From: a virus
IMG/VR virus record: IMGVR_UViG_3300045988_105030
Reading direction: 5' to 3' (one strand)
Length of the DNA: 64,000 nucleotides
The notes under the pieces were generated by a model, which saw only the letters and a program-made list of their open reading frames with translations, was not told where the DNA came from and did no database searches. A program made the position numbers and the translations under genes. Below, piece by piece: positions 30,649-37,630 of this stretch. Within the stretch, counting starts at the first letter, position 1. Each line of letters opens with the position of its first letter.

Positions 30649-30721
30649 TTTGATTTTCCTCCTATATCATAAGGGTGTTTGTTGATTTTGACGAATGGTT
30701 CAGGGTGATTACGAAATGTAA

Positions 30722-31528
30722 TCAGATGGCGATGGAGCGGCTGGTAGCCAGACGGACGATCTCATTACGCAGGATCGTCTCAAACATGGCGCGGAGTTTC
30801 TTGTCTGCGGCGATGACGGACAGCTTGAACACGGCCTTGCACTCCGTCTTGGTGGCTCCTGCGGCGTACAGCCGGTTTCTCATGCGGGTCTGACGGCACT
30901 TGAGGTCTACGCCTGCGGTGCGCTCCAGCTCTTCGTAGAGCTTGGCGTGGAACTGCTGGTAGTTCAGACCAAATTCCTCCACGGCGCGGCGGATGTGGCG
31001 GGTCATGCGCTCCTGCCATGTGTCGGCGTCGGTGAGGGGAGAGGTGACGAAGGTGGTAACGGCGTCGAATTTGCGGTTGGTTTCGTCCAGCCGCTTTTCG
31101 TTTTCGGCGGTGCGGCCCTTCAGCTCCTTAATCTCCCGCTCGTTGTCCAAATTGATCTGGGCTTGCAGGGAGAACATCTCATTGGCGGTCATGGGCTTTC
31201 GGGTCTGCTGGCGCATTTTCTCAAAGGCGGTGACATAGGCGGCGGTGAACAAAACGCCCTTTTCGCCGGTCATCTTGTTTGCCACCATGTCGCAGCCCTT
31301 CTTGGTGAGCAGGTAGCAGGGGAGCGTCCGCCCGGTGCTGTCGGTATAGGTGTGGGGGATGAAAAAGTCACTCAGCCCAAAGTTGGGCTCAGTAGAATTT
31401 TCGATAACCTCCGCATAGTTGCGGATGTCGCGGATAAGGTGGCGATGGTCTTTCCCGATGGCCTCCGCCACAGAGCGGCTGTCAATTACATCAACGCCGC
31501 CCTGCTGGAACACGGATAATTCGTACAT
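30722..31528 (-). CDS. Rha-family phage regulatory protein (antirepressor)
   Basis: ATG at 31528 after GAAAGGAG. N-terminus VIDSRSVAEAIGKDHRHLIRDIRNY is the Rha signature. Confidence 0.75.
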   Translation of the reverse strand: MYELSVFQQGGVDVIDSRSVAEAIGKDHRHLIRDIRNYAEVIENSTEPNFGLSDFFIPHTYTDSTGRTLPCYLLTKKGCDMVANKMTGEKGVLFTAAYVTAFEKMRQQTRKPMTANEMFSLQAQINLDNEREIKELKGRTAENEKRLDETNRKFDAVTTFVTSPLTDADTWQERMTRHIRRAVEEFGLNYQQFHAKLYEELERTAGVDLKCRQTRMRNRLYAAGATKTECKAVFKLSVIAADKKLRAMFETILRNEIVRLATSRSIAI

Positions 31529-31662
31529 TCTGTTGCTCCTTTCATCTACATTTTTGTTTGACAGGAGCATACCCCATGTGGTAGGATAGATTTATCACAA
31601 GGGCTACTCCTTGGGTGTGATAACGGTTTGCTGACGATCTTGGTGGGACTGGCAGCAGACCG

Positions 31663-31845
31663 TTATTTTTGCTTCACCGGCAAAAGCATAATCCCATCCC
31701 GGATTCCCTCCGTGCGCTTTTTATTGTTTTCCTTGCAGTATTCGTCAAGAACGGCAAGGGTCTTATCATCAAGTCGCACATGAATAGGGTTCGATTTTGG
31801 ATTTTCTGCTTTCGGTCGTCCAGTTTTTGGACTCAAATTTTTCAC
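31663..31845 (-). CDS. Ribbon-helix-helix (CopG-like) DNA-binding protein
   Basis: 60 aa. IHVRLDDKTLAVLDEYCKEN fits a beta-strand plus helix RHH. Low-GC islet. Confidence 0.5.
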   Translation of the reverse strand: MKNLSPKTGRPKAENPKSNPIHVRLDDKTLAVLDEYCKENNKKRTEGIRDGIMLLPVKQK

Positions 31846-31849
31846 CTCA

Positions 31850-31889
31850 CTTTATGTAGCCCATAAACACATTATAGTTTATGTAGCCC
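31850..31889. promoter_or_regulatory. Two perfect 13-nt direct repeats in a divergent intergenic region (candidate operator)
   Basis: TTTATGTAGCCCA at 31850-31862 and 31877-31889, between the RHH gene (-) and the small gene (+). Confidence 0.5.
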
Positions 31890-31928
31890 AATATGTCAAT
31901 GGGGAATTTTAAGAAGGGAGAAAGTAAA

Positions 31929-32162
31929 ATGTACAGACCATACTCGTTCGGGTTCAGAAATCGTGCCAATCCTGCAAATCGGGGGCAGCAGACCTGCAAA
32001 ATGTGCGCCAGGAATGAATATTGCACATATAACAGGCGCGGTAACCACAGCAATTGTTTTGTCCCAATCGGTAGCAGCCAGTCTGGGTGCCTTATTCCGA
32101 TTGTACTGATAATGTCGCTGCCAACTGCCGCTGCCGTTGCTATTAAACTGATGTTTTTTTAA
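31929..32162 (+). CDS. Small Cys-rich protein with a hydrophobic C-terminal tail
   Basis: ATG at 31929 after GGGAGAAAG. 77 aa. CKMCARNEYCTYNRRGNHSNC followed by LIPIVLIMSLPTAAAVAIKLMFF. Confidence 0.35.
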   Translation: MYRPYSFGFRNRANPANRGQQTCKMCARNEYCTYNRRGNHSNCFVPIGSSQSGCLIPIVLIMSLPTAAAVAIKLMFF

Positions 32163-32166
32163 GATT

Positions 32167-32322
32167 TTAGGGCTTTTCCACCAGTTCCACGGTGTCGGGA
32201 ATGAGCAGACGGGCGGCGGCTTCGGATTCCGCCTCGATGAGCATGGTAAACTCCTCGCCGTCCCGCTTGCGGCGGACACGGAAGGAATATTCCTGCTTGG
32301 TGACATTGGTGACAAGGTTCAT
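32167..32322 (-). CDS. Small hypothetical protein (51 aa)
   Basis: Its ATG overlaps the desulfurase stop (ATGA). Sequence MNLVTNVTKQEYSFRVRRKRDGEEFTMLIEAESEAAARLLIPDTVELVEKP. Below the ORF-track size cutoff. Confidence 0.35.
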   Translation of the reverse strand: MNLVTNVTKQEYSFRVRRKRDGEEFTMLIEAESEAAARLLIPDTVELVEKP

Positions 32323-33374
32323 ATTTGCATCTCCTTTCCGTGCTTCAGGTGGGGGACGAAGGCGGCGATGAGCTGCGCCGCCTCGTCCGCTTCGGACAGC
32401 GTATTCTGCCAGTCGAATGAGAAACGGACGGTGGACAGGGCTTCTTCTTCGGTGAGGCCGCTGGCGATGAGGTTTTCCGAGGCGCGATTCTCGCCGCTGG
32501 AGCAGGCGGAGCCGGTGGACACCATGACGCCGTGGTCACTCAGGGTGGCGGCAAGGGACGCGCCGTAGACGCCGGGGAAGGTGAGGGACAGGATGTGGGC
32601 GGCGGTGTTTTTGCCGCCGTTTACCCGGTATTCCACGCCGCTTTCCGTCAGGCGGTGCAAAAGGCGATCCCGCAGGTCGATGAGGTGGGTAATATTTTCC
32701 TCCATGTGGGCGGTGTGCCATTCCAGCGCCGACGCCATCGCGTAGGCCAGCGGCACGGACACCGTTCCGCCGCGCATACCGCGCTCCTGTGCGCCGCCGT
32801 GGAGCAGGGGGGTAATGGGACACCCCTGACGGACGATCAGCGCGCCTATGCCCTTGGGAGCGCCGAATTTGTGGCCTCCAAAGGCCATGTAGTCCACGCC
32901 GAGGGCGTGGAAGTCGATGGGGAGGTGTGCGACGGCGGCGGTGGCGTCTACTGCGACGCGAATGGGTCTGTTTTTGCGGCAGAAAGCGTCTATGTCGCTT
33001 ATCAGTCCAGTCTCGTTGTTGACGAGGGAAAGAATGGCGGAGGGCCTGCTGCGCGGCGCGTTAGGGGATGAATAGGCGTGGATGCCCTCGCTGACGGCGT
33101 GGTGAACGGTGCCGTTGTAGATGATGCCGTCGGACTCTATGCGAAGGCATTTGACCATCCAGTTGCAGGACTCGGTGGCGCCGGAGGTGAAGTAGACCTC
33201 GCAGGGGTCGCAGTTGAGGCACCGGGCGATGGCGGCGCGGGCGTTCTCCAGCGCGGCTTTTGCCTCACGGCCGGCGGCGTGGCTGCTGGATGGGTTTGCC
33301 TCCGGCGCGGCTTGCATGGCGTTCCACGCGCAGGGAAGCACCGGCGTGGTGGCGGCATTATCAAAGTAGATCAT
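32319..33374 (-). CDS. Cysteine desulfurase (NifS/IscS-like class V aminotransferase)
   Basis: 351 aa. PLP lysine in GGHKFGAPKG. Catalytic Cys in STGSACSSG. N-terminus IYFDNAATT. Confidence 0.85.
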   Translation of the reverse strand: MIYFDNAATTPVLPCAWNAMQAAPEANPSSSHAAGREAKAALENARAAIARCLNCDPCEVYFTSGATESCNWMVKCLRIESDGIIYNGTVHHAVSEGIHAYSSPNAPRSRPSAILSLVNNETGLISDIDAFCRKNRPIRVAVDATAAVAHLPIDFHALGVDYMAFGGHKFGAPKGIGALIVRQGCPITPLLHGGAQERGMRGGTVSVPLAYAMASALEWHTAHMEENITHLIDLRDRLLHRLTESGVEYRVNGGKNTAAHILSLTFPGVYGASLAATLSDHGVMVSTGSACSSGENRASENLIASGLTEEEALSTVRFSFDWQNTLSEADEAAQLIAAFVPHLKHGKEMQI

Positions 33375-33510
33375 GGGGGCGCTCCTTTCAATGAATTTTT
33401 GTGTGGATTTTAGGAATAAATATCAAAAAAGAAACGTAAGCACCACTTTCAGAACAAGCCGGAGGCGCTGATGCCGTCCGGCTCATTCTTTTGGGGATTG
33501 CGTAGGGGAA

Positions 33511-33789
33511 TCAGGTGTTGAGCAGATCCTTGAGGGCCTTGGACGGCTTGAACACAACTACGCGCTTGGCGGGGATCTCCACGGTTTCGCCGGTGGCGGG
33601 ATTGCGGCCCGTATGGGCGGGACGCTCCTTGGCGGCGAAGATGCCGAAGCCGGGGATATTCACGCTGTCGCCGCTGCGTTGCAGCACTTCGGTGATGGCG
33701 GTAAACACAGCGTCGGACACGGCGGCGGCGTTGGTGCGGGTCTGGCAGGACACGGTGGCCACGCGGTCAATAAATTCCTTCTTGGTCAT
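33511..33789 (-). CDS. hup: HU-family DNA-binding protein
   Basis: 92 aa. Sequence FGIFAAKERPAHTGRNPATGETVEIPAKRVVVFKPSKALKD is canonical HU/IHF. Confidence 0.9.
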   Translation of the reverse strand: MTKKEFIDRVATVSCQTRTNAAAVSDAVFTAITEVLQRSGDSVNIPGFGIFAAKERPAHTGRNPATGETVEIPAKRVVVFKPSKALKDLLNT

Positions 33790-33829
33790 ACAATAATGCC
33801 TCCTTTCTTTCGTACTTCTTAGATTTTAA

Positions 33830-33857
33830 TGGAGCGGAAGGCGGGAGTTGAACCCGC
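33830..33857 (-). pseudogene. Orphan 3' fragment of a tRNA-Gly (T arm, acceptor strand, UCCA)
   Basis: Minus strand GCGGG-TTCAACT-CCCGC-CTTCCGC-T-CCA. No D arm or anticodon arm lies upstream. Likely an att scar. Confidence 0.6.
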
Positions 33858-34518
33858 GTGTCGTGTAGGTTAGGCGGTAAACATTGAAAAAGGAACAGGA
33901 TCGAAGGAGAACTCAAAAACACAATAGGAGGTGTGTTAAGAATGCGTTTCATGCAGCAAGAAAACCCGGAAAATGATCGATATCATTTTGCCCGCGCCCA
34001 ACGACGCCCCAACGGCTCTTCCGCACATTAGGCCGGCGCGGCGCTTTCCCGCGCCAGCCAATGGTGAGAGAAATAACGCCCAAAGGCGGGAATTTTACTT
34101 TTGATTTTTTGTATCAGTATGAGTATTTTCACCGCAAATTGACGCTAGGTGAAGCCAACAGGATAACGCCTGCCGTTTCTCTGCCCACCGTCATGCGTGC
34201 CACGGAACAAGAGCACAGGAGCTTTGATGCGCGGCTGGTGCGGTGAAGTCCAACCGGGGGACATCAAGAGCAGCCCCGCTCCGTTATGGCCTATCGTCGG
34301 CCCTGTCGCTTTATGGCATATGAACCAACTCTCAAAATACATTAGAGACTGCCCCCTTTCTTTGTTTTGCCACTGTTGTAGCCGTGGCCGCTTTGAGGTG
34401 GGAGGTTCCAAATTCGCCGGGGCCTCCTAACTCGCTATCCGCTCTATCAACCGGATGACATCACGGCCAAAGTGTGAAGGTTTCATTCCAGCCACGGTAT
34501 ACGTCGGGCTGGTGGGCC

Positions 34519-34595
34519 TGGAGCAGCGTAGCGGATTTGAACCGCCACTCTCGGTTTGGAAGACCGGTGTGCTGACCGTTGAACACTAACGCTGC
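34519..34595 (-). tRNA. tRNA-Gly(UCC)
   Basis: 77 nt. Acceptor GCAGCGT/ACGCTGC. Anticodon loop CTTCCAA. T arm GGCGG-TTCAAAT-CCGCT. U73 and an encoded CCA. Confidence 0.75.
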
Positions 34596-34737
34596 ATGGG
34601 TGCCGCGCCATATCCCGCTTTGGCGGCGCGGTGGTTGGCCTTGGCCTCATCGTGTCTGTGGTTGCAGACATTCCGTCTGGCGGTGCCTTGCCGCCATAGT
34701 ACAGGCTGGACGGGAGGCCCCCAACGGGCGGCCATTT

Positions 34738-34808
34738 TGGGGCGGCGGGGTCTCGAACCCCAATTCAGCGATTCCGTCGCCAGCATTTACCTTTATGCTA
34801 CTCGCCCC
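34738..34808 (-). ncRNA. tRNA-like gene X2 with a non-canonical anticodon arm
   Basis: GGGGCGA acceptor (A7-C66 mismatch). D arm AGCA-TAAAGGTAAA-TGCT. T arm TGGGG-TTCGAGA-CCCCG. Middle arm TGGCGA-CGGAA-TCGCTG. No CCA. Confidence 0.45.
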
Positions 34809-34951
34809 AGGGTGGGTGCCGGTCTTTCCCGGCTGTCACCGCTGCGTGTCGGCTGCTTGCGGTTAGCCCCGATAGGTACACGTTTCTGCTTCCTTCTTGT
34901 GCTCTATCCCCGGAAGCCCGTTCAGCTTGTACTTCGCATGAGCACTGGATC

Positions 34952-35024
34952 TGGTGCAGACGGTTGGACTCGAACCAACGACATACCTCCTGGCGCGGTG
35001 CTCTACCGACTGAGCTACGTCTGC
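34952..35024 (-). ncRNA. tRNA-like gene X1 lacking a foldable anticodon arm
   Basis: Perfect acceptor GCAGACG/CGTCTGC. D arm GCTCAGTCGGTAGAGC. T arm GTTGG-TTCGAGT-CCAAC. Encoded ACCA. Only 19 unpaired nt (CCGCGCCAGGAGGTATGTC) lie between them. Confidence 0.5.
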
Positions 35025-35199
35025 ATTGAGGGGGGTGCTCGTCTTTCCGAGCCGCCAGATCTTTTCCGTGCCTTGCTTTTGCCAGCAGATCACAGGCGCA
35101 ATTACTGCATCAAGGCTTGAGGGGCTTACTTCAGGACTTCGCATCACCCAAACGGCTATCCCGCTAAAACGCTCGTCACTCGCGGTGTCCACGTAGAAT

Positions 35200-35275
35200 T
35201 GGAGGTATCGGTGGGGATCGGACCCACGACCTGCTCATTACGAATGAACTGCTCTGCCAGCTGAGCTACAACACC
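35200..35275 (-). tRNA. tRNA-Thr(CGU)
   Basis: 76 nt. Acceptor GGTGTTG/CGATACC (2 G-U pairs). Anticodon arm GTTCA-TTCGTAA-TGAGC. Unusual T-loop TCCGATC. Encoded CCA. Confidence 0.7.
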
Positions 35276-35480
35276 GGATCCCCACCTTGTTTACGTCCTG
35301 GTGGGCGAGCTGACGTGCGGCAGAGGGGCTTGCGCCCCTGTGACCGCGTTCCTGCGCGAACTTCACGCGGGACGCCGGAAGAATGGATGTAAGACCGGCG
35401 CAGCCTTTCTTACGGAAGGGCTTATATTACTGTGAAAGGAGGTTCCTATCCTGGAACAATGGGAGGGGGAGAATGTTCCT

Positions 35481-35509
35481 CCTCATGATGATTGTACGTC
35501 CCGTGTCAA
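35481..35509 (-). promoter_or_regulatory. Promoter-like motif copy 1, upstream of the tRNA array
   Basis: Minus strand TTGACACGGGACGTACAATCATCATGAGG. It shares TTGACACGG..ACAATCAT with copies at 35757-35785 and 45967-45995. Confidence 0.35.
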
Positions 35510-35560
35510 GAACTTTTGAAAAAGTTTTTTGAAATGTTTTCGGGAACTTTTGGCCCACTT

Positions 35561-35731
35561 TTAAGCGAGGTAGCTTTCGCAGAACGTCCCGAAGGGGAAC
35601 TGAAAGCGGAGGGTGAAATAGCGCCGCAGGGGATGGACATACACCACCACGCCGGTGTAGAGCTGTTTATTTTCCACGCCCTCCATGCGGCGTGAAATGC
35701 GGTCGCCCAGGCGGATATCAGGGGAGATCAT
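35561..35731 (-). CDS. Small hypothetical protein (56 aa)
   Basis: ATG at 35731 after AAAGGAAAA. Sequence MISPDIRLGDRISRRMEGVENKQLYTGVVVYVHPLRRYFTLRFQFPFGTFCESYLA. Confidence 0.4.
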   Translation of the reverse strand: MISPDIRLGDRISRRMEGVENKQLYTGVVVYVHPLRRYFTLRFQFPFGTFCESYLA

Positions 35732-35756
35732 AGGCAAATTTTCCTTTCGTTTTTGT

Positions 35757-35785
35757 TCTTATGATGATGGTAGCATCCGTGTCAA
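35757..35785 (-). promoter_or_regulatory. Promoter-like motif copy 2, upstream of the 56-aa ORF
   Basis: Minus strand TTGACACGGATGCTACCATCATCATAAGA. Confidence 0.35.
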
Positions 35786-35824
35786 CAACCGATGGGGGAA
35801 ATTTTAAGCGCTGAAAAATGGGCG

Positions 35825-35863
35825 CAAAAATCCCCTGCGGAAAGCAGTTGACTTTCGCAGGGG
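35825..35863 (-). terminator. Intrinsic terminator of the minus-strand zinc-ribbon operon
   Basis: CCCCTGCG-16 nt-CGCAGGGG. On the minus strand it is followed by ATTTTTGCGCCCATTTTT. Confidence 0.65.
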
Positions 35864-35876
35864 CGGCGCCTATAAT
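35848..35876 (+). promoter_or_regulatory. Near-consensus sigma-70-type promoter
   Basis: TTGACT (35848-53), a 17-nt spacer, then TATAAT (35871-76). No ORF with an RBS lies downstream. Confidence 0.6.
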
Positions 35877-35882
35877 GATTTA

Positions 35883-35960
35883 GACGAAGCCCATGCGGCT
35901 TTGGTCGAGCAGCGCAACGGGACAGGTCGCCAAACTTAGGCCCGTTGTGCTGTTTTCTTA
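35883..35960 (+). ncRNA. Candidate small RNA of about 80 nt
   Basis: Starts about 7 nt after TATAAT. 5' hairpin GACGAAGCC-CATGC-GGCTTTGGTC. Terminator AGCGCAACGGG-19 nt-CCCGTTGTGCT followed by GTTTTCTTATTTC. Confidence 0.5.
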
Positions 35961-36006
35961 TTTCAGATCGTCTTTCAAAAGGGAAATGCCGTGCGTTTTT
36001 TGTGTG

Positions 36007-36810
36007 TTAATATACGGAGACGCTGCGAGTCTCCAAAAGCTTGTTGCTATCGGCGTCGTAAAGGGCGAATGTGACAGAGCCGATCACGTCTGTGGTGATT
36101 CCATTTTCCCAGCCGAACCAATAATATCCGCCGTCCTGGAATGTGCCCATATCCTTCTGTTCCGTGGACGAAGGAACGCCCTGCATCTGCCAATACATGC
36201 TGGGGTAAAGGGTAGCCTCGTAGCGGAGATGGCGGGTTTCGCCGATCCGTCCGCCCTTGACGGACACATAGAAAAACAGCGGCTCGTTCTGGCTGAAAAT
36301 GCTGCTCTCCGGGGCGCCGGTTTTCGTTGTGCAGGAAACAACGGAGATATTCCAACGGTAAATTTGATCCTCAATGCGGGCAGCGTCCTTGTATTCCGCT
36401 TCTACCAGCTCGTGGAGATAGTCGCGGGTCTGCTTGTCGTCACGGGTCTTGTTGAACATAACGTACTGGTAGCGGGCATCCAGCGCCTGCTGGGCGCTGT
36501 CGCGGTAGTCCGCCATAGCGTCAAAGGCTTCCGCCGCCTCCACATATTTCTGCTGCTCCAGAAGGTTACATGCTGTGCGGTAATCCAGATAGTCAGGCAG
36601 GAAGAGGGCGGCACAGACACCCCCGACAACCAGCACCACCGCGGCGCAAATGCCGCCGATCAAAAGGGCACGTTTTCGTTTTGCCTTTTTGGCGGCGTTC
36701 CGTTGGGCCAGCTCTTCCGGGGAAATGCGGGGATTCTGATGGCATGCCGGGCATTGTTCCGCCTTTTCGCTGATGGGGTGGCCGCAATGGGGACACGGTT
36801 GCAAAGCCAT
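36007..36810 (-). CDS. Zinc-ribbon membrane protein with an extracytoplasmic domain
   Basis: 267 aa. CPHCGHPISEKAEQCPAC, then TM helix LLIGGICAAVVLVVGGVCAALFL, then a domain of about 190 aa. Confidence 0.6.
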   Translation of the reverse strand: MALQPCPHCGHPISEKAEQCPACHQNPRISPEELAQRNAAKKAKRKRALLIGGICAAVVLVVGGVCAALFLPDYLDYRTACNLLEQQKYVEAAEAFDAMADYRDSAQQALDARYQYVMFNKTRDDKQTRDYLHELVEAEYKDAARIEDQIYRWNISVVSCTTKTGAPESSIFSQNEPLFFYVSVKGGRIGETRHLRYEATLYPSMYWQMQGVPSSTEQKDMGTFQDGGYYWFGWENGITTDVIGSVTFALYDADSNKLLETRSVSVY

Positions 36811-36814
36811 GTTT

Positions 36815-37273
36815 TCAGCCCTCCTTTTTCGCGTTGAGCTTTTCCAGATTTAGCCGGGTGGCATGGATATCCACCAGCAATTTCGACGCGCCGTAGAGCA
36901 ATGCGCCGAAGAACAGGGACGAGACGCCCAAGGTCAGGGCGAGAAAGGCCAGAAGATCCCCGGCGCTATTGGAGGCGTAGTAGGAATCGCGCAGCCGGCT
37001 GGCGGCAATGGCGATGACGATGATGCCGATGGCGCCGCCGATCCAGACGAGCCAGGCGAAGAAGGCCAGCAATTTGGAGGCGGTGGTTTTGTAAGGGGCG
37101 TCGTCTGTTTTCGCTGCGCCCTGCGGCTCCGGCTTTGGTTCCGGCGCAGGGGGAGGGGGCATGTGCTTGCGGACTTCCGCTTCTGGCAGGCCGCAGGAGG
37201 GACACATACCGGCGTCTTTGAGCTGCTGGTCGGTGAATACGGAACCGCACTCCGGGCAGGTGATGAGGGCCAT
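36815..37273 (-). CDS. Zinc-ribbon membrane protein
   Basis: ATG at 37273 after GGAAAGGAGAAA. CPECGSVF..CPSCG, a Pro-rich linker, then 3 TM helices. Confidence 0.6.
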   Translation of the reverse strand: MALITCPECGSVFTDQQLKDAGMCPSCGLPEAEVRKHMPPPPAPEPKPEPQGAAKTDDAPYKTTASKLLAFFAWLVWIGGAIGIIVIAIAASRLRDSYYASNSAGDLLAFLALTLGVSSLFFGALLYGASKLLVDIHATRLNLEKLNAKKEG

Positions 37274-37425
37274 TTTTATTTCTCCTTTCCATGGGCTATG
37301 GGTGAATTTTAAGGGCGATTTTTCGTCGCCATTCATATAAGGGGAAACCGCGCCCACGTCCGGCAGGTGGTCTTATTTGTCAGGCATGGGCGCGGGGGTG
37401 CGCGTGTCGATGGGTAGGCGGCTGT

Positions 37426-37617
37426 TCAGGCGGAGGCCGCTTCAACGAGCTTTGCGGTGGTGAGTTCCCGTGCGCCTGCCTCGGTGTGTTCCCAAATGTC
37501 CACACTGTAACCGGCGGCTTCAAGCTGGTGCACCCGTGCAAGGGCTTCCGTCGGCGTTTTCTCCCATGCGGTGAGGGGATCGCCGTGTTTTGCGTAAAGG
37601 ATTCTGTAACGTGCCAT
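37426..37617 (-). CDS. Small hypothetical protein
   Basis: ATG at 37617 after GGAGGCATACAAA. 63 aa. Confidence 0.45.
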   Translation of the reverse strand: MARYRILYAKHGDPLTAWEKTPTEALARVHQLEAAGYSVDIWEHTEAGARELTTAKLVEAASA

Positions 37618-37630
37618 TTTGTATGCCTCC

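Noticed and set aside
33767-34411. ORFs 33767..33952 (-), 34061..34246 (+) and 34145..34411 (-)
   Set aside because: They have no RBS and implausible sequences, and they overlap the tRNA fragment and structured region.
33830-35500. A canonical tmRNA, RNase P RNA or SRP RNA hidden in the non-coding block
   Set aside because: I found no GGGG..UUCGAC tmRNA 5' end with G3-U70, no GAGGAAAGUCC RNase P P4 motif and no SRP GGAA/AGCA motif. An Infernal scan is still needed.
35893-36837. 314-aa plus-strand ORF starting just after the orphan promoter
   Set aside because: It has no RBS. It is antisense to the zinc-ribbon gene for most of its length, and an intrinsic terminator at 35911-35964 would end the transcript after about 80 nt.
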